A stretch of DNA of 64,000 nucleotides from Octopus sinensis (GCF_006345805.1 NW_021835988.1:62001-126000); one strand, 5' to 3'; shown: positions 12,736 through 26,959, counted from the first letter of the stretch. Made by a program: numbers and translations. Notes: generated by a model not told the origin, from the sequence alone.

Positions 12736-13536
12736 TCAAAAGCAATCCTTCCAGCATAGAAGATTGCTTGATGCGGGATATCGGCAGAGGTTGCAATCTA
12801 TTGTGAGTAAAATAACACACCGTAGGCTTCCTCAGTGATTAGTGTTGCGTCTGGAGTTGTATATGGATCCATTTCTACACTTTTATCAGTTAATTTGATA
12901 TCTAGATGTTTCGTCACTGTCGTAATCCTTATATTTGAATATATAAGTATACATTATGGGTTGGGACCCATTTGTGAATATGCACATTTTCTGGCTGGGA
13001 TAAGTACTACAAAGTCAGTAAGTTAAAATACCCCATTTTGAGGGGACGACTGATTTTTGGCCTCTGGAAAATGGTATTTGATGGCATGTAACTTTAATGT
13101 TAGAATAAGATTTGTACAGAGTTGATAATGCGACTAGACGTGCAAAGGCATCTACGTTCACGTAACGAAGGTCACTACACCGATACAGTGATCTAGTGAT
13201 TCAAAATATTTGAATGTACATATAGCGTAGGTAAATCAACCCGTCAAATGAGTTGTTTAGTATTCTCTTTAGCGAGTCTCCACTACAGTAACTAGTGTTA
13301 ATAAAATGTTGATTACAATGTCTCCAAGTTTGTTAAATTCGAGAATATTTCTCCATTTGGAAATACAACGTTGCTATAAATTCGAATTGATTTTGTATTT
13401 CCCGCAGCATTTGCTCCATTGAATTTACAGTTTCCCAAATCTCTAATTCAAATAAGCAATTTTTCAAAAACCCTTCTGTTAAGTCACAGTCACTTTGGAC
13501 CACTAAGTCAACAAAAAGTAGGACAAGTGAAAGCAT
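12736..13536 (-). CDS. Secreted leucine-rich-repeat protein, copy A (7 micro-introns; one extra G near 13281, frameshift or sequencing error)
   Basis: Signal-like MLSLVLLFVDLVVQSDC; FSNLTNLETF, LKRILNNSFDGLIYLRYI, LRYVNVDAFARLVALSTL; Cys-rich tail DCNLCRYP..CWKDCF; introns 23-29 nt. Confidence 0.8.
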
Positions 13537-13654
13537 TCTAATTAAAGCTAATATTTTATTGCGAATAACTCATTGGTTAGACAACAAATAAATTAAAAAC
13601 TTTATTAACTAAACCCAAAACCGAAAATAATAAAAAATTAAGTAATTATTGATC

Positions 13655-14010
13655 CTAGTTTTTGGAAATTTTTCTCATCTTGAGGGGACTCCATAACTCA
13701 TTCTTTCCACATTTACTTTCATGCTCAGAGTCATTAATAATTTGTCAATTTGTTTCATCTGGGGTTTTCGCATTATTAGTTTGTCATTGCAAACAACTGC
13801 CGTAATGACTTCTTTATTAGGCATATTAATTCGCATTTCTATGCTCCAGAACGATGCTTTCTAGTGTCTTTTTCATTACAAGTGCCAGAATGTATGTTCT
13901 CGTCGGGCCTTGAACAAATAATCTTTCGATATAGGAGATAGAACACTTTGTAATACTTTTAAACCTACTCCGTCCCTATTCACAAAAAGATAGAACACTA
14001 TTTTTTTCAT
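13655..14010 (-). mobile_element. Degenerate 3' end of an R4/Dong-like RLE retrotransposon
   Basis: TYILALVMKKTLESIVLEHRN aligns with YIQSLTIKKTLEAMLVEHKH of the 55.6-59.4 kb element. Confidence 0.65.
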
Positions 14011-14029
14011 GATTGTCGTTTAAATCATA

Positions 14030-14340
14030 TATTTTTACTGGAATGCCACATTTATTAAAGCAGAGGGAGATTGTGTATTATTTACGTCCATCCAAGCAGT
14101 GCTAATCCACAGATAGCATGTAAAAAAAAATTTTAGGCAAGCGGTGTCGCAGTGGTTTCTGTTTCGGAAGCAGTCAAGATTATTAACAAAGGAATTGTAG
14201 AGAATTGAGCAAGAGGAGAAATGCCTGGTTTCAATTACCTACAAAACACGGATTGGATGCCACCTACGTCGCACCGACTGCTAAAATCGATTGACGAGAT
14301 GTCTGATAAATAGAATGATTGAGAAAGAGAGGGAAGAAGT
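14030..14340 (-). pseudogene. pogo/Tigger DDE remnant
   Basis: WISTAWMDV..TISLCFNKCGI; homologous to 12549-12667. Confidence 0.5.
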
Positions 14341-14554
14341 TTGCAGTATTGTGAGCAAGTGTTGGACTGCCCCACCAATCTCACTCACCCGAGATTAGGG
14401 TGTAATACAGTCCGACCTTGAATTGGAACACTAAGTGTTCCAAAAACTGAAGTTTTTCCAAAAACTGAGGTTTTGTCAAAAAATTAATATCAATATAAAT
14501 TTAATTAAGACGTTTATTTACGAAACCAAAATTTAATTAAGATTAAAGATTAAA

Positions 14555-14636
14555 AAGGAAATAACCTTAATCGAGGTGGGCATAACATCTCAGGACCGCT
14601 TAAAACAAGTGGAAGTTGAGAAACTTCAAAATATGA
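14555..14636 (+). mobile_element. R4/Dong-like RLE fragment
   Basis: KEITLIEVGITSQDRLKQVEVEKL. Confidence 0.75.
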
Positions 14637-15316
14637 TTGCGCTTGCCAGCCGCATACGCTTGCCAGCCGCATACGGGAGACTGGCTCAATGCACTCCCTA
14701 CCCCTAGTACGGGACATCTCTTGGACGACGAATCCTTACGGATTGGTGTCTGCTTACGCTTGGGCCTGGACATCTGTCAGCCCCACCCATGCCGGTGCGG
14801 GTCCACGATCTCTCCGAACGGTTTGCACGCCTTCTCGTGCAAGAAGAGTGCTGGTAGAATTCCTCGCCACACTCACCTCAATGACGTCGTGAAAAGGGCT
14901 CTAGAGTCGGCAGGTTTCCCCTCCACTCTAGAGCCAGTCAGTCTCTGCCGGAGTGATGGAAAGCGTCCTGACGGGAAGGCAAGTCCCTGATTTGGGACGC
15001 AACTTGTGTTGACTCGTTCTCCGCGTCGGTGTTACTCAAGTCCATCACTAACCCGGGTTCCGCCAGTGCTCAGGCTGAGGAGGCTAAGAGGTCGAAGTAT
15101 GGAAATATTTCGGACTCTTACGAGTTTGTCCCCCTCGCCTTCGAAACATCTAGAATTGTCGGCAGGTCTGCGACTCGCCTTCTTGCCGACATTGCCAGGA
15201 GAATCGCCAAGAAGACCAACGACCGGAGGGAGACGAGCTGGCTCTTCCAGCGAATCTCGGTCGCAGTGCTCCGCGGAAACTGCCACTCGATACGCAGTGC
15301 GGCGACTTTGAGCTGA
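14637..15316 (+). mobile_element. CRE-like 3' fragment
   Basis: [57 protein letters not shown]. Confidence 0.88.
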
Positions 15317-15409
15317 CCTCCAGGCTCTTTATTAATTCGTGTATAACTTATTCCCCATTTTAATTAGTTCGCATTAATTAAAATTAAAATATTTAATTAA
15401 TTAGGACTT

Positions 15410-15650
15410 TCAATCCTGATTGATAGTCTCTCTTCTCCTTTTAGGAGAAGAGTCTGCTGCTTGTTCCTCTTCATTCTCTATCTCTGCGTCGTTTGTTGTG
15501 CGTCTTTTATCTTTGAATGGAATGTCCTGGCGGCATGCCATTTCTACTAGTTGATCGGTCGCAGAGGTATATTCCTCGCCAGTTATCTTCATTCCATGCT
15601 TGTGTTCAATTATCATGCTCTCTAGCGTCCTTTTGAGCACAACCGATTGG
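15410..15650 (-). mobile_element. R4/Dong-like 3' end
   Basis: VLKRTLESMIIEHKHG..SPKRRRE. Confidence 0.75.
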
Positions 15651-15684
15651 AAAGTCAGTATAGTTAAATCTGTATTAACTTCTT

Positions 15685-16545
15685 AGACGAAAGTGTTTAA
15701 TACTTGCAGCGTTAATTTCAATCCTAGGAGAAAGCTCACAAGGAGCTACATTAATGCTGAACTCATACTTCGCTCTTGTAATCGGGAGATTCGTTACTGG
15801 AATTGGCTGTGGTTGTTAATTTGCTTATATTTCTTACAGGAATATTTAGTGCTGTTGTTCCCTTATATATAAATGAAATATCCCCACCATGCAAACAAGG
15901 CTTCTTCAGCTCTTTTAATCAAGTGATGATAATTGTCGGGATTGTGATCTCACAAACTCTTGGGCTCGAATCTATATTAGGAACAACAAATCTATGGCCA
16001 ATTCTTTTAGGCTTGTCATTTCCACTAATTATTTTTAGCTTTTAGTAGTACGACTGCAATTTTACTTGTAATAATTCCACCTTTCTGTCCTCCATCTCCA
16101 TACTATCTTGTTTTTGGAAAAAACGACAAAGATGGGGCAATAAATTGTTTGATTCATTTTATTTTTTGCTTGAGCACTAAAAAGACTTTTATGTAATGAT
16201 AATGTCGATGATGAAATTATTGAGATATGTGAAGAAAAAACTCTTGTCAATGTTTCCAAAGTAAAAATAAATCCGCTGACTTCAATTAGGCCACATTTAT
16301 GGATTTACTGGTTGATAAAAATGCGCGAAAATCACTCGGTGTTGCTTTAACTCTTTACATCTCTCAGCAATTTTCCGGGATCAACAGCGTTAATATCTTC
16401 TAAATATAATAGGTTATTTTTTATTTTACATCAATATTTTTAATGGCCGGAGTTAGTCGCATGACTGCCTTAATAACGACAATTTCCCTCGGCCTCGTTC
16501 AATTGGTCACATCTATAGTTGCAGGATCATACATTGATAGAAAAA
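15685..16545 (+). pseudogene. SLC2/GLUT sugar transporter internal fragment with 5 micro-introns, truncated on both sides by retroelements
   Basis: GRFVTGIGCG, VPLYINEISPP, LWPILL, PFCPPSPYYL, SQQFSGINSVIFY, YIDRK; GC-AG intron at 16011-16038. Confidence 0.85.
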
Positions 16546-17050
16546 TTCTTACGCAGAAAATTTATTTGTTGAATATGGAACCAAACTTAAAACTATGGCT
16601 TGCCAATTTTCTAAATGGACGTCGGGATAGAGTCTACAAGGGCAATTGAGGATCTGCATCGAGGCTACTACCGAATGGAGTGCCACAAAGTTCCCCCTAT
16701 CCCCCGTATTGTTCAACCTAATGTTGAACGATATGCCTCTTCCTGAAAACAAGAATGACATTTTACTTTCATATGCGGATGATATAATCGTTGCATCGAG
16801 GGATATATTTGTCAGCGAAGCTACAAGAAGATTATAGAATAATATATATAACCTGTGTATATGGCTCAATGCCAATCTGTTGAAAGCAAGTCCAAAAAAG
16901 TCTGAGCTAACTAACAAAAGACTGTGGAATTTGTCGATAAATGTGACTATGGAAATCAATTCCTCAAAATAAAACTCTAAAGATACTAAGGATCACCTTT
17001 AACACCTTTCTAATCTTTACTCCCATACGGAAAACGTATTGACGAAAATC
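16546..17050 (+). mobile_element. LINE reverse transcriptase fragment
   Basis: WLANFLNGR, GVPQ, LSPVLFN, YADD. Confidence 0.8.
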
Positions 17051-18199
17051 ACCTTTGACAACTTTCTAACCTTTACTCACCGACCTCTTAGACAATGCGT
17101 TGTAGAACACAGAGAAAAGATGCGAAGGTTTCTAAAAGAGGCTGGGATCACCTGAAATAGTTAATTATGCTTATGACAGTATTTTTGGTTCTAATAAATA
17201 AATAAAGATAAGAAACCAAGCTAACATCTGCCATTAGTTTAAGTTCAAACTTCAAATCAATGGCTTTGCCCACCCTTTTATATTCTGGCACTTTCGGCGT
17301 CTTGGTCACCGAAGAACGGAAAGCGCGGTTCTCGTTTTCGCCACTTTCTCTGTGGGCGGCAATAAAAAACAGTTGTCTCGAACTAATTAGGTCAAAATTT
17401 TTCTACAATGCCAAACAATAGTGTTTTGGGGACTTTTTGAAAATACACAAAAAATTATACGGAGATTATCAAATGTTTCCCGCTGGCGCCAAAACAGTTG
17501 CCAATTCCGTTGTCGACACCATTTTTGGCGGTATATGACCGACGCATGTGATTAACCGACTAAACTTGATTTGGAGTATTACATGAGCACCCTCTTGGAA
17601 CTGGATTTGGGCTTCAGAGGGCATAGAGGACGGAATCCAGTGCATAAATAGCGTATGACAAAAAATTACACATTTATTGATTAAACAAGGACATTCTTAG
17701 TTTTTTATTTACTTTAAAATGAATGGTTTGGAAAATCATTTTGATAAATCAGCGACAATTGAGGAATGGTGTCAGATTAATAAATGAAGTAAATAGATAT
17801 TGTTCATTGGGAGTGCTAGAAGACAGATGCAGTAAAGTATATATTTGAAGTGGAAATAATCGAAACCAACAAATAAATTGACTTAAATATTTAGTTCAAA
17901 TTATTAAAAAGAAACTATTGACGCTGCATCTGTAATCTTGGATTTTCAAATATGCAACATAGATTCAAGAATCACACCCACAATTCGACATTTGGCTGTA
18001 GGTTTGCATCCTCAAACATCCAATTTTAGGAAATCCTAACATTGAAGAAAATCAGCAAGTTGTCAGTCTACCCATTTTCATCTTGACAGAAAATAAGTGC
18101 AAAGTAATATACATTAACAAATACAGTTTAAAAAATTTTTATTGGAAAAAATTACAACAACGAACATAAACCCCTCTTAATTAACTAGTATAAATACAT

Positions 18200-18560
18200 T
18201 GTCACCGTCCAGACCAGCCGGGGCGTCAGATCGGTCATATCAATTATTTAAATACAATCGTAAAAAACATTTCATTGTAAAAAAATATTGACAATAAAAA
18301 CTAAAGACTTATCATTTTAATTAAAAAAAATTTATTGTAAAAAAAAAGACTTATCAATAAAAAGTTCTGAAAAGTCGAAAAGATTAGAATTAATCAATGG
18401 TTATAGTTGAACTAAATCGAGACACCCTCGAAAAAATTAGGGAGTATTTGGAATCAGGCCACTTGAATGATTCGATGAGTTCGGAAGAAAGGGCACGAAT
18501 ACGAAGATATGCAAAAACTACTATTTTGAGTACTATTTCTATTCCTGCGTGATAAATTAA
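18200..18560 (+). mobile_element. Ginger-like element 5' end
   Basis: Starts TGTCAC like the terminus at 38401; IREYLESGH..EERARIRRYAK is an integrase-type N-terminus. Confidence 0.45.
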
Positions 18561-19359
18561 TTCCCGGTCTTTGGATGAAAAGTCGTGTTGCACTTAAATT
18601 TTGGTCGACTTTAATTTCAACTTTTCTTACCTATTTTTTAATTAAGTTAATTTTATAAGAAATTCAAAAATAAGAATCCTTTAAGACTCCTGCAAGTCTA
18701 GTGTAAATGACGATATCACATCCTTGCACTGTAATGTCAGGGATTTCAGCTATATTTAATTATTTTGATAATATTGACTGCTTCCATTACATAAAATTAA
18801 ATACAGAAACATAAGTATATCTAATTATCGCAGTGAGGTGGTCAGTCTTTTTTGTTTTGAAAAGAGTCTTTCTCATGTTAAAAAATACTTTTCAATAAGA
18901 ATAAATCGTAAAAATAATAATGGTACTTTAATCCTATTTAAAATATTTATATGACATTTTGAATACATTCTTTATTTTAAACTCAAATTTGTTAATAAAT
19001 TGTGAGAACAAAAAACTTTTTTTTCAAATAATTGCCCTACATATTTCCATGTCGGTGATTTTTCAGTTAAGAGACGTAAAATTGACGTGAAATAAAATAT
19101 CTGAATATCACCAGCATTAATTGTTAGATGACACATATCAAACATTTGTCCCCAAACTGAAACCACAAAATTAACTCGAAAAGTAAAATATTGTAAGATT
19201 TATTAGGCCTTTTGAATCTCCCAAAATTTGGAAATTATTTAAATGCATGTATTAATAGCATCAATTTGATTTTGGAAGCATTTCTAACCGAATACACACA
19301 TCGAGAAAATAGACGATCAAATAAATTAAAACTATTCTATTTAATTAATCAGTTTTACC

Positions 19360-19600
19360 TTGGCCGTATTCGACTGGAGTTTTTGACACTCACATAATCC
19401 TCCGTAGCATTTTTGTACAGGATGGAATGAAGACATTTTAAAGAAATTTGGTCCAGAAGGTACTTGTTCTGGGCACCGACCAACAGTTTTTTGTTGAGTA
19501 GAACTGATCCTTCAACTAAATATTTATGCTTCAAGTATTCTTCAATAGTGGCCAGATGAGTTTTTCCAGCACTTAGGCCTGCAGAATCGAAAAGGTTCTT
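19360..19600 (-). mobile_element. R4/Dong-like fragment
   Basis: KTHLATIEEYLKHKY..LHSILYK aligns with KTHMATIARFLTFKY..LHSVLFK at 58240. Confidence 0.75.
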
Positions 19601-19619
19601 TTGCAGATACAACTTCGGT

Positions 19620-20050
19620 TTTTTAAGTCCTTAAGGAATCCAAATGAGCTCGAACCAGTCGGGCTCGACAGAGGCGACGGTAAGCGCCCGGATGGCATGT
19701 CAATCTTTCCGTTTGAAAAGGGGAAATGCCTTATCTGGGACGCCACCTGTTCCGACACTTTCTCCGCCAAGAATCTAATTGTCTCCGCCGCGGAACCGGG
19801 CTCAGTTGCAAAGCAGGCGGAACTAACAAAACAGAAGAAGTACCGGGTCCTGGCAAAGAATCACCAATTCACTGCAGTCGCGGTGGAAACCTCTGGAGTC
19901 ATCGGCCCGCAGACGCTATCGTTTCTCCGCCGCCTTGGATCTAAGCTCGTGGCTGCCACGAAAGATCCCAACGAGTCGATCAGACTCTTTCAAAGGATCT
20001 CATTGGCCATCATGCGCGGGAATTGCCAGTCGATCCGCTGCGCATTTTAA
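19620..20050 (+). mobile_element. CRE-like 3' RLE fragment
   Basis: LEPVGLDRGDGKRPDG..IWDATC..AVETSG..FQRISLAIMRGN. Confidence 0.9.
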
Positions 20051-20094
20051 CTCTTTTCGTTCATTAACAAGTTATTTTGTAAAAAAAAAAATTT

Positions 20095-20730
20095 AGGCTT
20101 TCTGTAAAATTTTCAATCACAGAGGTTTCAATAAATTGATTTTCTCCACACAAAGCGAAGAAGCAATGCGATGTCGATTTTTAAATTTCTTAAGAAATCC
20201 ATTTAATGCTTGAAATCCTTAAATATTACAAACTTTCGCCATTTTTAGAGACATGAACTTTAAAAGATATTCATTGGTTGTAAATCCAAATGATCGTTTT
20301 TAACGAATCATTCAACTGTCGAATGGTTTAGTGAAAATTAAGTATTCCTTCAGAATTTTGTTTATGCAACCCAGTGAAACATTGAAATAAAAGGATAAAT
20401 CACGCTGTGTCTATTTTTATGATAAAATTCGACATTCTCGTACTGGCCAAAACAAGTACCTGTGATCTTGATTAGCTCTGTTGAACTATACTGTCAATTA
20501 ACGGCCGTCTACAAGTTCTTAATTCTGGGGGCAATTTTTTGCCGAATGGACTCGAAAGCAGGAAATTAATAATTGGAAGAATCAATGCTTACATGGCAGC
20601 AACTGAAATTGCTGCGTTAAACGGTTTGTCGAAAGCAACTGAAATTGCTGCGTTAAACGGTCTCTTCGAATTTAAAGCCAGTAAAGGATGGCTTGAAAAG
20701 TTCAAAAAAAGGCACAATGTAAAACTAAGA
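20095..20730. pseudogene. Two divergent pogo/Tigger CENP-B HTH remnants
   Basis: Minus: TQRDLSFYFNVSLGCINKIL and FQALNGFLKKFKNRH; plus: FKASKGWLEKFKKRHNV. Confidence 0.65.
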
Positions 20731-20949
20731 CTTTTATTTAAGTTGCGATTACTTTTTAATATTTGTGGCTCGGAATATAGTCGCTACTCAACATTTTAGC
20801 ATACATCCTGACTGCGTGACTTACAAATCTCTTCGCCCTTTTTTTGATTAAAAAAAACATAATGAAAATTACATTCCAATCAACTGTTTAAAAACAAATA
20901 TCAACTAACTTCAACATGAAAAAAATTAATAAATATAATAAACTGCACT

Positions 20950-22015
20950 TTTTTAAAAGTGAAGGATTAAACAAAGTTACATTCATTTCGATTCCCATTA
21001 CTGGACCGACAAAACAATTTCCCTCTTCTCTTCTATAAATCGGATATTTCACATTAATTGTAGATTCATTATCTGGATAAAGTGACAAACATGCTTCACC
21101 CACTGTTCAAAACATATAAAAGGCAAAATCGAATACAAACTGATAGAAATCGACACCCTTTCTAAAAAAACAAAATAATTTGTGCAATCAAAAGTCAATA
21201 TATCAACAAACAGACCATTCGGATATCTATCAAAGCCAGTATAAGCTGGAAATGTGAAAATTTTGTCAGTATAAGCAACAAAACAAGAAGCCTCCTGAGA
21301 AGTCAGTCCATTTGTACGGCAGGAAGTAAAATAATTTGTTTCAATATCAAATACACAGATTATATACGAAGTGGGTATTTCCGGGGAGTAAATATGACAT
21401 GTTAAACAATTCTTCTCCTAATAAAAATTGCGGAATATTTCGTGGCGACTTTCAAAAAAGGCAATTCAAATTTATTCCACATTTATCTCGTATTTTAGAC
21501 AAATCGACAGTTGCATGCAAAAACTGCTTTATTTCTGGAGAAAAACGAGATTCTCTTAACACCCTGATGCACGTGAGCACAATAAAAGGATCCTCTCCGT
21601 CCACATCAAAATCCTTAATTTTGCCTTTAGACGTCGGCGGTGGTAGAACTCTGCCACATACTTCAACATTTATCCACTTTTCCGGAATTTTTAAAGAAAA
21701 GGAATCGAAAATATTGGGATATATGTTCTGATAGCGTCCTCCGAAATGATAAATAATGTCGCTTGTGACACAAATCTGATGTTCGTGAACCATCACTGTC
21801 TTGAAGTGAACTAGAGAGATACACTCGTGACAGAGTAATTGAGAGGTCCTTAAAATCTTCGAAAATCTATTTCTCGAGACATTTAATATTTTATCAATAT
21901 ATTTTTTCCATCGACAACACGGAATTTTACCAGATTTGAAAAACTGACGTGGTTGAGCACTGCAACTTGATGAGACCATACAAGATATTTGCACATGAGC
22001 ACAAAATGAACCCAA
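20950..22015 (-). pseudogene. Uncharacterised, possibly kelch-like, disrupted gene
   Basis: 187-aa ORF with IYHFGG, continued after a frameshift and stop by CVFDIETN and ILTFDCTN. Confidence 0.3.
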
Positions 22016-22742
22016 AATTCAAATAAATAACAACTGTTTAATCACAAATGTATTTATCAAAATAAATAAAATAACATATAAGAAAAGCTATTCAAATACA
22101 CCCATTATGATAGTAAAAAAAAAGTTTAGTTGACTATAGTTAAGCAATTCGAACTAAATAATTTACATTAAAAATAAGACATTTTATTATTACAGAGCCA
22201 AGATTTGAGATGACTGTCCCCTTAGGCAGCAACTAACGATCCTTGGACACCATAATCTTGAAAATAATACGTACAGTTCTTTCAGCAACCCACAAGCCTT
22301 GTTCACTTTTACAAAAAATTACATAATACAATTTTTCGGTGTCTTTCGGACAGAATGCACCAAACACGACATATATATAGACGTTGCGCCAATCAAAATA
22401 GGAAATCTCCAGTTACAATATTTTTAAGTTTTGTCTTGTTGGCAATACTAAAACATGTCCTTTCAATAGATATCGAGAAATAAGCGGAATAAACACTTTT
22501 GTTGCAGGTTATAATTATGAAATTATGTTCTTAGAAAATATTAGAAATCATTTTGAAAGTTCAGAGTTGTGTTCAAATTCAGATTCAATTAAAAATTCAA
22601 ATATTTTAACTTATAATTTCTATTTAGGCAATTCTAAATACGAATTTACTGTCTGTGATCAAGTTTAGATAAAAAAATATAGATAGGTTCGAGTAAAAAA
22701 GACTATGAAACGAACTCTTCGTTACGGCTGGATAATTTCCAA

Positions 22743-22930
22743 GAGGTCCTTGAAACCTTCCCGCCAAAAAAAATTTAAAAAAATTCCGGATTTTGGTTAA
22801 AATGAACTACAAGTATGTCGTCAACTCACATGATAAGGTCCTTAAAACCTTTCTGTCAAAAAAATAATTATATAGAATTTTGGTTAAAATAAACAACGTG
22901 ATTTTCCTCGACACGCATTATCAGGTCCAT
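22743..22930 (-). repeat. Two diverged inverted copies of the 95-bp satellite unit
   Basis: GAGGTCCTTGAAACCTTCCCGCCAAAA..TTGGTTAAAATGAAC is the reverse complement of the 8657-9362 unit. Confidence 0.8.
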
Positions 22931-23759
22931 TATTGTATTAGTTATTATTAACCACACTGACAGATATATATGACTGCGAGGTCTTAAACCCGTCGTTTTC
23001 ACTTTAATGGTTTTGCATGTTTTCGAATAAGATTTTCACCAAAGTTGATTTCAAAGCATCAAGCCCTTTTAAAGTTCTCTGACATCATTGAGTGACTATT
23101 ACTTCAATAAAGAACTTATTCACGGCGATCACGGGGTTTCAAGCCTCTTCATTGCTCAAAAATCGTCAAAAGTATTCAGATCTTGTAATTAGTGGCTATT
23201 GATGAATGATAGATCTCATCAACAGTTTGTGAAGAAACACACAAGAATTAATTTTTTTCAATTCAAATAATATTTAAAACTGAAGAAAAAAATGTCACAC
23301 AGCTCCAGCGGATAGAATCGTTTGAGTGTTTCCGCGGATGACCACCATCAAAAAACGCTGAAACAATCATTGGGTCTACAACGGTCTTTTATGCGCACAA
23401 AATTCAACTAAAAAATTATATATTTCTGGCTACGCTTCACTTCATGCTTTAATGCAGCTCTGACTTATCCAAACTAGAATAGATAGTTCGGGTTTGTTAC
23501 AAAAGTATTTTCAACAATATATCCTGGAAGCAAGCAATTCTCCTGCTCTTTTTTAGGGAAATCTGCTTACGATTACCTCAGGATGTTGTTTTACCTACGT
23601 ATTTGTCCTCCCGACTATGTGTAATCCTCTTGTTGAGGTCATTCTCCCCCTTTGGTCCAAACATAAGACGCCTTTGCCTGCAAATGGGTCTCAAAATTTG
23701 GCAAGAAAGATGACTAGAAGTTCAGGTTCTCACCTTTTTTAGAAGCACTGGGATAACAT

Positions 23760-23905
23760 TTTATGTAAGTCCCTTTACGGATTTCTGGAATCTTTTTTAA
23801 ACCAGAACCAACTTGCTTGTTTAAGAAGTGCGGCCCAGGCACAATCAGAAGCCTGGCTTAATGCTTTTCCACTTCCGTCGGTTAATTGTAAGCTTGATAA
23901 CGATG
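23760..23905 (+). mobile_element. Short CRE-like fragment
   Basis: NQNQLACFRSAAQAQSEAWLNAFP. Confidence 0.6.
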
Positions 23906-24285
23906 AACATTTTGTCGACATTGCTCACACAATATTGTTGAATGCCGGATGTCCGATGGAACGATGATAAAACGAATCAAAAAAATAAATAAAGATCATA
24001 CATAATCACAATCTTTTTAGTAGATAGATTTAGAATTGTTTTTATGTAGATATAGTTTCTTTTATTTATATAGTTCATTGTTAATGTAAGTTCTTGTGCA
24101 TTATAACTTTAACAAATTATTAAAATTTGAAATATTTTTTCCAACTCGGATAACCTGTAGCGATCGGGAATGTCCATCGCTTGTAACATATAAGAAAAAA
24201 TAAGACAAATTATTATATTTATTATACATGATTTTACAAACTAAATTAATCAACTCAAATATATATTTTCTATTCATATCTGATA

Positions 24286-24784
24286 ATGATTACTACACAA
24301 CAAAGATCAACAAATCGTTGTGACCTCGGACATATCAGGACTTCTTCCTTTCTCATACAAATCGGGACATTTGTAAATAAAAAATCCCATTTTAGATCAT
24401 TTCAGTTTCAGTAATAATCACATCCAGCTTGAATGACAGATTTATTGTACATGGGAGAGAATATATTCAGTTCTGTGGAGCAACGTCGCTGATTTTCAGT
24501 ATCCTGCACTTTCTATTTTATTTTCTCAAAATAAAAACAAAATTTGGACCTTCTCGTGAAAGATTTATCGAAATGATAATATATTTTGGATTTACAATTC
24601 TATATTTTATAACCATAGTCATTTTAGGAGCTGATAGTGGGCCTTGGTACTATAATATTGACAGAGGGATAATCTTCGTTACAGCAGTATTAATGTTTTT
24701 ATAATTTTTTAGTTATTCTGTTGTTTTGGTACACTACTCAATGGTTATTGTGCTTATATATCGTATGTAGACGTATATGTATAA
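24286..24784 (+). CDS. Four-TM MARVEL/CMTM-like protein, two micro-introns
   Basis: ATG 24286, introns gtaaat..ttag and gtatta..ttag restore a continuous frame to TAA 24784; four hydrophobic segments; DLGHIRTSSFLIQI start. Confidence 0.6.
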
Positions 24785-25009
24785 AATAATGGACTTTTTA
24801 ACGTTTTTGGTCTTTTTTATTTTGATTTAATTAAAATATTCAAACATAGATATTAATAGATATTTTTATTGCTATAATCAATGTGGTGTAACCACCGATT
24901 AGAATAAAAATTGGTTATTTTTATTACAAATGATAAAATATTTAAACAGTTTAATATAAGATTATTTAAACAGTTTTAAAAAATTATTTGACTAGGCTAA
25001 GGGCAGTCT

Positions 25010-25445
25010 CTAGCTGATTCTGGTGATCTTCTGAGAAAGTAAAAATGGCCACAAACCTGTTCCATCAAAACATGTCAGGGCACAAGGGAATTTTATATTG
25101 AATAGCTTTTTTGAGAACATGGCTGGACTCAACTCAAAGTCGACCTCATCCTCAGGGAAAGGCAGAGACTGTGAATTGTCCTGTCGTTTATAAGACAAGA
25201 CAAACGAGTGATTCCATGTCGAATAGTGTGGATAAATGCTCCCATATCTCGGCTGGGAAGACTTGAGAGTTGGTGGGGCATATTTTGTTGTACTTTCTGC
25301 AGGCAAATATCATTTGAAAATGTTTATTAACTCTTTTTATTAAGGATATGTTATTACTCACTAGCTTGGTTCTCTGTGGTGCTAAGAATAAATATATTTC
25401 GTTTTTCTTCAGGTCAACTAATGTCCTTTTCTCGATGACACACAA
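25010..25445 (-). pseudogene. MRGBP: MRGBP/Eaf7 copy lacking the ATG (ATC) and with an altered first splice acceptor
   Basis: VNKHFQMI..IWEHLSTLFDMESL..PFPEDEVDFEL; paralog of 31521-31939. Confidence 0.75.
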
Positions 25446-26959
25446 AGAATAACTTGTAGAGGCGCAAACGAAGAGCGAGCGTTGCCGGCCTGTTACCCAT
25501 CCTATCCAATTTAGTCTATTTAACGCTGTCGTCGACAGTACTTTCCTCCGGGCTGTGTTCTCATTACAAAAAATAGAATATTTAAAGGTAATTGGAACAA
25601 TTCTAGCGAAAAACGAAAAACTTTTTATTTAAAAAAGGCTCCAAGGAATGAACCAAGTTTTTTGGAACGTCTCCAATCCCAAACAATTCTGATTCCATAG
25701 GTGCGATCTCCGTGATTTCAGTTTTAGTTGTATTCACGTCGAGGAACTATTTTAAAGGCCCTGTTTCTGCAAAGTCAAGTAACCGCCTCAAGGCTGTTGT
25801 ATCATGTGATATAAAATCCACATTGGCATCGTAATTTGCACGTTATAAGAGCGTCTAAGATCGTGCAGTGTCGCCTTCAGGAAAATCGTTTAAGACCCGC
25901 ACGTGTGAAAATATAACTATTATGTTTCTACTGCAGTTGCAAATAATATTAATTGGAAAATTTGTTTGTTAAAAAAATAGCAATTTGTTTGTTTTGTTCA
26001 GGCTGCTCAGCTCGTCTCTTCCCGAAAAAAGTGTGGTTGATAAATATTCGAAGGACCTAATTTTGAATATAAAATTTGTTCCCCAATCAGAGTTTGCAAA
26101 TAGACGTCTATTTCGAAGACATGATATTGATTCGAATCAATTACTTCTATGTCGATATAAATTCTAGGGACACTTTTGCCTCAATGCAAAATGGACATAT
26201 AATTTTGTGATACCATCACCTAGGAATATATTTCATCCAACTTTACCTTAAATTTTGTGATTAATTCATTGACAGTTTGATCATGCCAAATATTCTCTTA
26301 CTCGTATCCTTTTTACCAGTCGGGAGTACTGCTCTTATCACTCAGTGCTATTCTGGTTGTTTGTTGATTTACATTTTAAACATGAAAATAATTTTTTCAC
26401 TCATCCTAGTGCTAATCATTAAATCCGTTAATTTTCGAAGCTGCGATAAACTTGCTCTCTTTTTTATCTCCCGCGTTTGACTCATTGAAAAAAACCATTA
26501 TGCTGAGTAATATTACTGTAAAGATGATTCTCTTGGGTCCCTTCTATCTTTCTCTCTATGTCGTGGATAAAGGCCGCCGTGAGATTTATTGGGATTCCTA
26601 AGGTTTAGAATGTGACGAAGGGAAAGCGTTATGGATCAAGAGATTTTGCCATTTGAACTAATTAAAAAATTTGTCAATAAAGAGAAACATACCCGTTTCC
26701 GTTGAGCGCTTTCATTTTTTGTGTCTATGTCGACGAATTATAAAACAACAAGAATCAGACTACCAGAAAGCCCTTTTTATCGAATTATGTAAGAAACGGT
26801 ATTAGAAAATCATGTTTACATTTCATTAGATGAAATTAATTGTCTATCAAGAATGCGACAGAAAAGTAAATCCTTTGAAAAGATAAATAAAACTAAAGTT
26901 TTTGAAACTTTTGGTTTAATAATTTAGAAAAACCTCCTAAACATTTTGAACTGACTGAA

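Noticed and set aside
12549-14150. ~120-bp direct repeats flanking LRR copies A and B as LTRs or excision signals
   Set aside because: Both translate on the minus strand as the pogo DDE tail (WISTAWMDV..KCGI); they are transposase remnants
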